Assembly (NCBI GenBank): GCA_041389225.1
Contig: JAWKSI010000001.1
Location: 51,821 to 115,820 of the forward strand
DNA from: Candidatus Doudnabacteria bacterium
GTDB taxonomy: Bacteria; Patescibacteriota; Doudnabacteria; UBA920
Direction of reading: 5' to 3'
Length of the DNA: 64,000 bases
This document shows positions 1 through 7,799 of the stretch, piece by piece. Positions within the stretch are counted from its first letter, which is position 1; each line of letters opens with the position of its first letter. Under the pieces are notes generated by a model. That model was not told the DNA's origin, searched no databases, and worked only from the letters and a program-made list of their open reading frames with translations. The translations under genes were made by a program, and so were the position numbers.

Positions 1-273
1 AGAGTGGACTTTGTAATAACCGTCTTTACTGTCTGGTGCGTTGTCCAAAATCTGCTCTTGGTTGGGTGAATCAACAGCTTGATCTTGGCGATCGATGTTT
101 TCTAAACCTGTGACATTGGCCACGATATCTAAACCTTCGGTGTCTACTTTTTGTAGATCTCCTACATAATCCAAAACACTCGAAAGATCTTGTCTAAATT
201 TTTCGACTTCTTGGTCTGATAATTTGATTCGCGACAACTTAGCGACTTTTTTGACTTCTTCTACGCTTAACAT
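1..273 (-). CDS. gatC: Asp-tRNA(Asn)/Glu-tRNA(Gln) amidotransferase subunit C. Partial: the start is at 273 and the C-terminus runs off the window edge.
   Basis: Minus-strand translation from the ATG at 273 gives MLSVEEVKKVAKLSRIKLSDQEVEKFRQDLSSVLDYVGDLQKVDTEGLDIVANVTGLENIDRQDQ...KDGYYKVHS. This matches the GatC pattern (LS.EE...F...L..IL.YV..L...DT.GV.P...V). The ORF is open to position 1. Confidence 0.75.
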   Translation of the reverse strand, partial: MLSVEEVKKVAKLSRIKLSDQEVEKFRQDLSSVLDYVGDLQKVDTEGLDIVANVTGLENIDRQDQAVDSPNQEQILDNAPDSKDGYYKVHS

Positions 274-352
274 GAATTCATTATAGTTAAATATAGCCAA
301 AAAGAAAAGCGGTGAAAAAATCACCGCAAAAACTTTTTTTTGCAAAAATCGT

Positions 353-577
353 CTAGAGGATATTGGAAGCACGGAGCTCTGCTTCGTTTAATTTCTGGGT
401 TTTTCCGGGTGAGCTCTCTGGTCGGCCAGAAACAATCTCACTAATATCTTCCTCGGTCAACTCTTCAGAAGATTTATTTTGCGCACTTTTTTCACCAAAG
501 AGACTTTCGTGTTCTTTATCACTAAGCCATGGTTTTTTTACAAATCCTGTCGTCATACTTATTTTTTTCCTTGCCAC
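353..577 (-). CDS. hypothetical small basic/acidic protein (74 aa)
   Basis: ORF in the track with no recognisable motif. It lies between gatC and the large repeat-protein gene. Confidence 0.3.
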   Translation of the reverse strand: MARKKISMTTGFVKKPWLSDKEHESLFGEKSAQNKSSEELTEEDISEIVSGRPESSPGKTQKLNEAELRASNIL

Positions 578-995
578 AAAAGGCGTCTATATTTTACCTT
601 AAAACCAAAATAAGTTTTTTACCAATTTTGCGATTTGCGATCTTATTCCTAAGAACTGCTCTAGATTTTTCCTCCTCCTTCATACAAACAAAAAACTTGG
701 CTTGCGCCAAGACTTCATTTGTAATTTTTTTTTAAAATTTATGAAATAGTCTTAGCACTCGTATTAACCAGAAAAAAGGCAAAGGTTGCCTTAGTGGTAA
801 TAATACGAGATGTGTGCCAATTAAATTTCATATAGATGGATTATATGCCTATTGTTTTATGATGTCAAACCATTTATCCCCAAACAAAACAATTTTGATA
901 TAAATAAAATGTAGACTAAGTTATAATTTAAATAAATACTTACTATAATTTTATTCATCTCATTAATTTATTAAGCTAAAAGCCATAAAACTAAA

Positions 996-3900
996 ATGAA
1001 CTTCGAAAGAATGCCAGTTCCGGCAAACCAAGAACAAGAAAACAATCAATCTCTGGATAAAGATATAGAGAGCTATTTAAAAGAGAGGGGTCAATTAAGA
1101 AGTGATTTAGTCGATCTTTCACTCGAAAAGCTACTCAATAGCCATCCAGAATATCACACAGAAATTGCTAATCGTATGATTTACATGGGTCAGGTCTGGG
1201 ATATCGCTAAAAACCTTGAGAAGTTCAAAGGTCTTGACCATATAGAAATTGCTAATCGTATGATTGACAGAGGGAAAGCCGATGCCGTAGCTGCAAACCT
1301 CGAGAAGTTTGAGGGTCTAAATCACACAGTGATTGCAAATCGTATGATTGACAAGTATAAGGCCGATGCCGTAGCTGCAAACCTCGAGAAGTTTGATAGT
1401 TTTGGACAGGAAACAGCCCTTAAGCTTATTGACAATCATGAGTACATAACTGTCGCTGATAACCTCGAGAAATTCGATGGTCTAAATCACACAGTGATTG
1501 CAAATCGTATGATTGACAATGGCCAGGACTGGGCTATCGCTAAAAACCCTGAGAAGTTCGAGGGGCTTGGACAAGAAACAGCCCTGAAGCTTATTGACAA
1601 AGATCAGGCCGGGATTGTCGCTAAAAACCTTGAGAAGTTTGATAGTCTTGGACAGGAAACAGCTCTCGCACTTATTGACAAAGGTCAGGCCGGGGTTGTC
1701 GCTGATAACCTTGAGAAGTTCAAAGGTCTTGACCATATAGAAATTGCTAATCGTATGATTGACAAGGGTCAGGCCGGGGTTGTCGCTAAAAACCTTGAGA
1801 AGTTCAAAGGTCTTGACCATATAGAAATTGCTAATCGTATGATTGACGAAAGTCAAGTCAATGCCGTAGCTGCAAACCTTGAGAAGTTCAAAGGTCTTGA
1901 CCATATAGAAATTGCTAATCGTATGATTGACAAAGGGAAAGCCGATGCCGTAGCTGCAAACCTTGAGAAGTTCAAAGGTCTTGACCATATAGAAATTGCT
2001 AATCGTATGATTGACAAAGGGAAAGCCGATGCCGTAGCTGCAAACCTCGAGAAGTTTGAGGGTCTAAATCACACAGTAATTGCCAATCATATGATTGATA
2101 AAGATCAAGCCAATGCCGTCATTAGAAACTTCTTTAAGTTCTATGGTCTTGGACCAAAAATAGCCCTGAAGCTTATTGACAAGGATCAGGCCGATGCCGT
2201 AGCTGCAAACCTCGAGAGGTTCGAGGGTCTAAATCACACAGTAATTGCCAATCATATGATTGATAAAGATCAAGCCAATGCCGTCATTAGAAACTTCTTT
2301 AAGTTCAAGGGGCTTGGACAAGAAACAGCCCTCAAACTTATTGACAAAGATAAAGCCAATGTCGTCATTAAAAACCTCTCTGCGTTCAAGGGTCAAGATC
2401 ACATAATAATTGCTAATCATATAATTGACAGTGGACAAGCTAAAGTTGCCGCTGAAAACCTCTCTAAGTTCGAAGGCCTAGATTGCGGAGTGTTTGGTAC
2501 TGATTTGAATCGAATAACGATTGCCAATCGTATGATTGATAAAGATCAAGCCAATGTCGTCGTTAACAACTTCTTTAAGTTCGAGGGTCTTGGACAAGAA
2601 ACAGCCCTCAAGCTTATTGACAAAGATCAGGCCGATGCCGTTGTTAAAAAGCTCGAGAAGTTCAAGGGTCTTGGACAGGAAACAGCATACGGTCTAGCCC
2701 AGGCAGGTTACATTATTAAAGTAATAGAGCGCACCGATATCTTCCCTGATCTCGACCGTATTACCCTTGCCAGGGAAGCATGCAAAAGAGGAAATGGAGC
2801 TGATGCTTTACTTCATAATCGCTTTACCTTTACAGACCTCCAGCTATCTAATGAAGAGTATACTGACCTTGCAGAGAAAATCTTAACAGAGGCAACAGAT
2901 TGGCAAGACCAGGAGAATATAGCCGGGCCTTACCGCGCAGGTAGAGAAATTTTTGGAGATAGATTTATGTTGGAGTACTTAGCCGATCCTAATCTCTCAC
3001 GACACGATGGTCTACATGCTTTCAACAAAATTATAGAGCTATACGAATCAACAGACATGAAACCAAAAACCTTTTACGGCAATATACTCAAACAAGTTGC
3101 CATGGATGGAGAGTCCTACGAAGAGGGTTCCTCACATCATCACCTTAACAGCATTGCGCTTTCCCTTAACAGGAATTATGAGGAAGTAGCCAAAGAAGCT
3201 GCGCTTTATGACATACCGGAATTACAAGAACTAGTTGAGCACTATAAAACAACAGACAATATTTTTAGCTCATGGGGTAATCTAAAACGCTATTCCGAAA
3301 TTTCTCAGCTGCTAGAACGAACAGAACTTTTAGAAGACGTGCAAAAGCTGAGAGCAGAAGGTAGGGAGAAGCTTTATAACTATGTTATAAAGCTGGCTTT
3401 CCACAAAAACAGTAAAGTTGATCTAGGAGCCGTAATGCAATTTTGGAAAGACACGGAGAGATTCCTTGATGCCGACGACGAACATACCAATGATGAAATT
3501 CAATCGCGTAAAAAACCTTCGAACTACATTCGTATTCCCCACCTCGACCTTAATGCTTCCGAGCTTGTCGATGCTTATGTCGAAGGATCTTACGATAACC
3601 TGCAAGTCTTTAATCCAATGGAGATTCGTTACGTTATAGATATAAATGGTAGAAAAGAAACCATGGTCGCTCGCATCAATAAAAAAAGTGATCCCGATGG
3701 AGCTCTTGCAGGTAACGACACTGCTTGCTGCATGCCATTTGGTTCAGGCAAAAACACCGTCTATATGTTTAACCCCAATACGGCGCTATTTACTCTTCAG
3801 ATAGAAAAAGGAGGTGGCTCGAGAAGGACTATTGCGCAGAGCGTACTTACAAAAGACACTGATGTAAAGATTTCAGTACCTGAAATTATTGAAAAAATGC

Positions 3901-4862
3901 AGGACTTTGATACTCATCTTAACGAAGTCGCCTCAGAAAATATTCTCAAAGAACAGGAGTCAATCCTTGCCTGTGATAATGTCGAAGTTGCAAAAAATTA
4001 CACAAAAGAAGAACACACTGATGCCATAGAAGACATCTACCGAGACTTTTTTACCGAATATTTAAATCGGTATGGTGAAAGACAAAATTTTAATACAGAA
4101 AAAGTTGTTATCGGTATGGGCTACAGTGATTCATTGACACATCTACCTGAAGAAAAAAATACCTTTGTTCCCAAGGCACCTGTGGGGTACTCCGACAAAA
4201 CCGGTAAAAATGTTTACAGGCTAGATCTTATTCAAGATAAGAAAGAAGAACAATTAGAACCAAAAGCTTTTATAAGCAAAACTATAACCGACTATGAGAG
4301 AGATCATGACGAGCAGAAAGATCTCGACCTAGGAAGAGGTATAGATCTCCTTACCTTCGAAGACTCTCTTCCTGTTGCTTATCTTGAAGGTAAAATCTAT
4401 AAAGACAATGAATCTTTAATGGTCTACCTGCACAATATAGAAAATGGACTCATTGCAAAAGATGTTAACAACGAAGCAAAAGGTAGACCTAACATGAGCC
4501 TTAAATATACAGACGAAAAAGGATATATGCGTGGCTATATTTTTGCTTACGAAGGAAAGCTTAACTCTGGTGAGCGAGGTATTTATATTACCGACCTCGC
4601 CGCTGACTCAACTTCAAAACTTGGCGGTAGGCGCCTAATCAAAGCATTCGCTAAGCGCTATAAAAAGGAATATCTCGACAAAGGAAACTTGATTCCTATC
4701 TATGCGGAGGCAAGAGATAGCACGTCATATAGAATTATCAATAAACAATTAGAACGTATAGGCCAAGATTTAGGTATAGAGATCGAAATAGAGAAAACAG
4801 GTGAGCATTATGAAGGTGATGACCTTATGCATGATGTTTATCTCAGACCACGCCAAGTATAA
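996..4862 (+). CDS. large tandem-repeat protein (1288 aa). About 19 copies of a 28-aa helical repeat (consensus LEKFKGLDHIEIANRMIDKGKADAVAAN) are followed by a roughly 700-aa C-terminal region ending in a GNAT-like acetyltransferase fold. There is no signal peptide.
   Basis: An 84-nt unit repeats directly in the DNA from about 1150 to 2700. The C-terminus reads YIFAYEGKLNSGERGIYITDLAADSTSKLGGRRLIKAFAKRY, which resembles GNAT motif A. The long uninterrupted ORF starts in an AT-rich promoter-like upstream region. Confidence 0.7.
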   Translation: MNFERMPVPANQEQENNQSLDKDIESYLKERGQLRSDLVDLSLEKLLNSHPEYHTEIANRMIYMGQVWDIAKNLEKFKGLDHIEIANRMIDRGKADAVAANLEKFEGLNHTVIANRMIDKYKADAVAANLEKFDSFGQETALKLIDNHEYITVADNLEKFDGLNHTVIANRMIDNGQDWAIAKNPEKFEGLGQETALKLIDKDQAGIVAKNLEKFDSLGQETALALIDKGQAGVVADNLEKFKGLDHIEIANRMIDKGQAGVVAKNLEKFKGLDHIEIANRMIDESQVNAVAANLEKFKGLDHIEIANRMIDKGKADAVAANLEKFKGLDHIEIANRMIDKGKADAVAANLEKFEGLNHTVIANHMIDKDQANAVIRNFFKFYGLGPKIALKLIDKDQADAVAANLERFEGLNHTVIANHMIDKDQANAVIRNFFKFKGLGQETALKLIDKDKANVVIKNLSAFKGQDHIIIANHIIDSGQAKVAAENLSKFEGLDCGVFGTDLNRITIANRMIDKDQANVVVNNFFKFEGLGQETALKLIDKDQADAVVKKLEKFKGLGQETAYGLAQAGYIIKVIERTDIFPDLDRITLAREACKRGNGADALLHNRFTFTDLQLSNEEYTDLAEKILTEATDWQDQENIAGPYRAGREIFGDRFMLEYLADPNLSRHDGLHAFNKIIELYESTDMKPKTFYGNILKQVAMDGESYEEGSSHHHLNSIALSLNRNYEEVAKEAALYDIPELQELVEHYKTTDNIFSSWGNLKRYSEISQLLERTELLEDVQKLRAEGREKLYNYVIKLAFHKNSKVDLGAVMQFWKDTERFLDADDEHTNDEIQSRKKPSNYIRIPHLDLNASELVDAYVEGSYDNLQVFNPMEIRYVIDINGRKETMVARINKKSDPDGALAGNDTACCMPFGSGKNTVYMFNPNTALFTLQIEKGGGSRRTIAQSVLTKDTDVKISVPEIIEKMQDFDTHLNEVASENILKEQESILACDNVEVAKNYTKEEHTDAIEDIYRDFFTEYLNRYGERQNFNTEKVVIGMGYSDSLTHLPEEKNTFVPKAPVGYSDKTGKNVYRLDLIQDKKEEQLEPKAFISKTITDYERDHDEQKDLDLGRGIDLLTFEDSLPVAYLEGKIYKDNESLMVYLHNIENGLIAKDVNNEAKGRPNMSLKYTDEKGYMRGYIFAYEGKLNSGERGIYITDLAADSTSKLGGRRLIKAFAKRYKKEYLDKGNLIPIYAEARDSTSYRIINKQLERIGQDLGIEIEIEKTGEHYEGDDLMHDVYLRPRQV

Positions 4863-4915
4863 ACCTTTATGCTACAATAAAAATACTTTACTAAATAATC
4901 ATTTAATCAACCATT

Positions 4916-5464
4916 ATGTTAATATTTGCAATTGTTATTGGCGCGATTTTATTGATCGGAATTGGTTTGTACAATTCTTTGATTCGCGGCCGAAACCAAG
5001 TCGACGAAGCCTGGGCTGACATCGAAGTTCAACTCAAGCGACGTTACGATCTTATTCCAAATTTAGTCAGCACAGTCAAAGGCTTTGCTGCTCAAGAATC
5101 TGGTGTCCTCGAAAAAGTGACCGAAGCCCGCACTCGAGCGATGGGCGCGCAAACTGTCCAAGAACACCAGCAAGACGAAAATATGCTTTCTGGAACACTC
5201 AAAAGCTTGTTCGCAGTTGCCGAAAACTACCCTGACCTCAAGTCAAATCAAAACTTTTTGCAACTTCAAAATGACCTCACAGACACCGAAGACAAAATCC
5301 AAGCAGCTCGTCGTTTTTACAACGGTAATGTGCGTGACTTTAATACCAAAGTTCAGGTTTTTCCAACCAACCTATTTGCTTCAATGCTTGGATTCAAAAC
5401 AAGAGAATTCTTTGATATTGATGACAATGGCCCAGAAAGCCAAAACGTAAAAGTTGAGTTCTAA
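4916..5464 (+). CDS. lemA: LemA family membrane protein
   Basis: N-terminal TM helix followed by NSLIRGRNQVDEAWADIEVQLKRRYDLIPNLV...AENYPDLKSNQNFLQLQ, the typical LemA pattern. Paired with the downstream htpX as in many genomes. Confidence 0.85.
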   Translation: MLIFAIVIGAILLIGIGLYNSLIRGRNQVDEAWADIEVQLKRRYDLIPNLVSTVKGFAAQESGVLEKVTEARTRAMGAQTVQEHQQDENMLSGTLKSLFAVAENYPDLKSNQNFLQLQNDLTDTEDKIQAARRFYNGNVRDFNTKVQVFPTNLFASMLGFKTREFFDIDDNGPESQNVKVEF

Positions 5465-5519
5465 ATAAATCAATAGTACTATCATCCTGCCTGTACCCAA
5501 ATGAGTGAGAAGTGTAGTC

Positions 5520-5548
5520 GCGAAGGATCTCTCAATGAGATCCTTCGC
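5520..5548. repeat. perfect 12-bp-stem hairpin (gcgaaggatctc/tcaat/gagatccttcgc) inside a REP-like element that shares motifs with the 10.5-11.0 kb repeat array
   Basis: The inverted repeat is read directly from the sequence. The flanks tgtacccaaatgagtgag and ttcgttca..gaatgac recur at 10949-10975 and 10905-10920. Confidence 0.6.
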
Positions 5549-5589
5549 TTCGTTCACCCGTTCAAATACAGACAGAATGACATAAAGTT

Positions 5590-6483
5590 ATGCTCACTTA
5601 TACCGAAGTATCCAAAAACAAAACCTATTCCGTCTTACTAATTTTAATCTTCTTAGTCATAATTAGCGGACTTGGTTTTGTCCTTGGTCAAATTTATGGT
5701 TCTCCAGAAATTTTGATCTTCGCTGTAATTTTTAGTTTTGGCTCTGCTTTTGTTTCATACTTTGCGGCTGATAAAATAGCTCTTTCAATGTCGGGAGCAA
5801 TTCCGCTCACCAAAGAACAAGCACCGGAGCTCTATCGAACTGTCGAAAATCTGAGCATGACTGCAGGACTTCCAATGCCTCGTGTCTATATTATTAACGA
5901 CGCCGCGCTCAACGCTTTTGCTACAGGCCGCAATCCACAAAACGCAGCGGTTGCTGTTACTTCTGGATTACTACAAAAGCTTAATCAAACTGAACTCGAA
6001 GGAGTTATCGCTCACGAACTTTCACATGTTGGAAATTACGATATTCGCTTTATGGCTTTGGTTATGGTTTTGGTTGGTACAGTATCTTTGCTTTCTAACT
6101 GGTTTTTTAGATTCAGTTTTTTGGGTAATCGCAAAAAAGAAGGAAGTAATCCAATTTTCCTACTCATTGGTTTGGGGTTATTAATTCTCTCGCCGATTAT
6201 TGCCACATTAATCAAACTTGCAGTTAGTCGCAAAAGAGAATTTCTCGCTGATGCCTCTGGTGCTTTGCTTACTCGCTATCCCGAAGGCTTAGCTTCGGCA
6301 CTCGAAAAAATCTCAACCCATAGCCAACCTCTTAGCACAGCTAATACCGCTACAGCACACCTATTTATCAGCAACCCTCTCAAAAACAACTTGGCCAAAT
6401 CACAAAGTTGGTTTACAAATTTATTCAACACTCACCCGCCAGCTGACGAACGAATTCGCCGTTTAAGAGAGATGGGTCGCTAA
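5590..6483 (+). CDS. htpX: HtpX-like M48 zinc metalloprotease
   Basis: HEXXH motif (AHELSHVGNYD), TM helices at the N-terminus and in the middle, C-terminal HPP..ERIRRL. Confidence 0.85.
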   Translation: MLTYTEVSKNKTYSVLLILIFLVIISGLGFVLGQIYGSPEILIFAVIFSFGSAFVSYFAADKIALSMSGAIPLTKEQAPELYRTVENLSMTAGLPMPRVYIINDAALNAFATGRNPQNAAVAVTSGLLQKLNQTELEGVIAHELSHVGNYDIRFMALVMVLVGTVSLLSNWFFRFSFLGNRKKEGSNPIFLLIGLGLLILSPIIATLIKLAVSRKREFLADASGALLTRYPEGLASALEKISTHSQPLSTANTATAHLFISNPLKNNLAKSQSWFTNLFNTHPPADERIRRLREMGR

Positions 6484-6504
6484 AAAATTATTAAACTAAA
6501 ACCT

Positions 6505-6780
6505 ATGCCAGAAAAACCATCATTTAATCCCGATCTCCCTCAGCGATCCATCGATCGAGAAACAATATATCTTCACATTAACGAAGCAGAAGATAGTCCG
6601 TTTGAAAATGAAGAACAAGAACTGGAGTATTTAAAAAATGAAGTTCTAGCTGTAGAGTCAGAACTCAAAGAAGCTTTAGATTCTCAAAACTTTAACACCT
6701 CCACTCAATTGCACGGGTACAGTAGAGCTTTTTACAACCGTATTCAACAATTAGAAAACAAATTTAAAGACCAAGAATAA
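6505..6780 (+). CDS. hypothetical acidic protein (91 aa)
   Basis: ORF only. Acidic and helical. Confidence 0.35.
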   Translation: MPEKPSFNPDLPQRSIDRETIYLHINEAEDSPFENEEQELEYLKNEVLAVESELKEALDSQNFNTSTQLHGYSRAFYNRIQQLENKFKDQE

Positions 6781-7080
6781 ATGAACCCAGAAAACCCTCG
6801 CAGGCCAGACCAAGAAGAACAAGAGCTAATGACTAACAAAGCTTTGCTCGACTATCTTTTTAAAGATGGCGAAAATCCCTACGAAAACATACAACAATCT
6901 CTAACCGTGACCAAAAAGATTTTGGAGTACTTAAATGTCGATCTTGAGTCAGCTCAACAAGAAAACAAGCCATACGAGATTGCTGGGATTGAGTACAGCA
7001 TAGCTGTAGTCAATAAAAAAATCGCTGAACAAGAACAAGAGATCAACGATCAACCTCTAGAACTTGGCGACATAGGCTAA
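6781..7080 (+). CDS. hypothetical acidic protein (99 aa)
   Basis: ORF only. It starts at the stop codon of the previous ORF (TAAATG). Confidence 0.35.
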   Translation: MNPENPRRPDQEEQELMTNKALLDYLFKDGENPYENIQQSLTVTKKILEYLNVDLESAQQENKPYEIAGIEYSIAVVNKKIAEQEQEINDQPLELGDIG

Positions 7081-7576
7081 AAGAAACCAATCGCATCATA
7101 ACTAAACCTCGACTAACAAGTCGAGCTTTTATTTTTTGTTTCTGCTCATACTCCATTTTGGATACTTCTTCCACAGAACCAAAATTTTTTTCTACGTATT
7201 TTTTTGCAATGGCAATTTCGTCTTCCAAACTCACTTGCTCTGATAAACTTTCTTCTATTAAATCAGTTGGTAACTTTTTGAGCATCATTTTTTGCTTCAT
7301 CATAAATTTGCCCCAATACTTAAAATCCTTCATGTTTCGAATAAAAATCTCGGCGTACTTGTCATCATCTATATATCGATCTTCTTTAAGCTTAACCAAA
7401 ACATGATCGATCACTTCTGGTAAGTAACCACGCTTTTGCATTTTCTCGCGCATTTCGCCTTGAGTGCGCATGCTGATATTCAAAACAAACAACGCGTAGT
7501 TGTACGCGTGCTCAATATCACTCGGATCTTTTAGAGGCTTAGCTTTTTTAAACATCTCGACTTTAAAATGATACAA
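7043..7576 (-). CDS. recX: RecX-like regulatory protein. The real start is probably the internal Met at about 7558 (MFKKAKPL...).
   Basis: ...HAYNYALFVLNISMRTQGEMREKMQKRGYLPEVIDHVLVKLKEDRYIDDDKYAEIFIRN... matches the RecX three-helix repeat pattern (L..R..S..EL..KL..KG.....I..VL..L.E..Y.DD..YA). Confidence 0.65.
   Translation of the reverse strand: MYHFKVEMFKKAKPLKDPSDIEHAYNYALFVLNISMRTQGEMREKMQKRGYLPEVIDHVLVKLKEDRYIDDDKYAEIFIRNMKDFKYWGKFMMKQKMMLKKLPTDLIEESLSEQVSLEDEIAIAKKYVEKNFGSVEEVSKMEYEQKQKIKARLVSRGLVMMRLVSFSLCRQVLEVDR
7108..7137. terminator. bidirectional intrinsic terminator: ctcgac..gtcgag hairpin plus a T-run
   Basis: Sits between the convergent 6781..7080 (+) and recX (-) genes. 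Confidence 0.5.
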
Positions 7577-7616
7577 TTATTATAGTACAAATACATAAAG
7601 AAAATCTCAACGACCA

Positions 7617-7645
7617 TTGACAGAACAAAGGTTTTCTTATATAAA
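7617..7645 (+). promoter_or_regulatory. sigma-70-type promoter for clpC
   Basis: TTGACA (7617-7622), a 17-nt spacer, then TATAAA (7640-7645). Confidence 0.55.
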
Positions 7646-7649
7646 TATA

Positions 7650-7676
7650 TTATCACTCTTTATCTTAGAGTGATAA
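7650..7676 (+). promoter_or_regulatory. CIRCE-like inverted repeat TTATCACTC-N9-GAGTGATAA (HrcA-operator-like) immediately downstream of the -10
   Basis: Perfect 9-bp arms with a 9-nt spacer. The CIRCE consensus TTAGCACTC-N9-GAGTGCTAA differs by one symmetric position. Confidence 0.5.
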
Positions 7677-7799
7677 AAATATTATTGAACAGACATAGAT
7701 TATTGTCTAGATTTGTCCATCACAAGACATAATTTGGAAACCAAGCATGCATCGTAATTAACTTACGCTGAGTAAGGTTAAAAAAATTATAACGCAGTA

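Noticed and set aside
1482-2438. Antisense ORFs 1482..1988 and 2229..2438 inside the big repeat protein gene
   Set aside because: They are themselves internally repetitive (MVKTFELLKV... x4) because they are the reverse-frame reading of the 84-nt tandem repeat. This is an artefact of the repeat and not a gene.
4801-5019. ORF 4801..5019 overlapping the end of the repeat protein and the start of lemA
   Set aside because: It overlaps two well-supported genes in another frame and has low-complexity hydrophobic composition.
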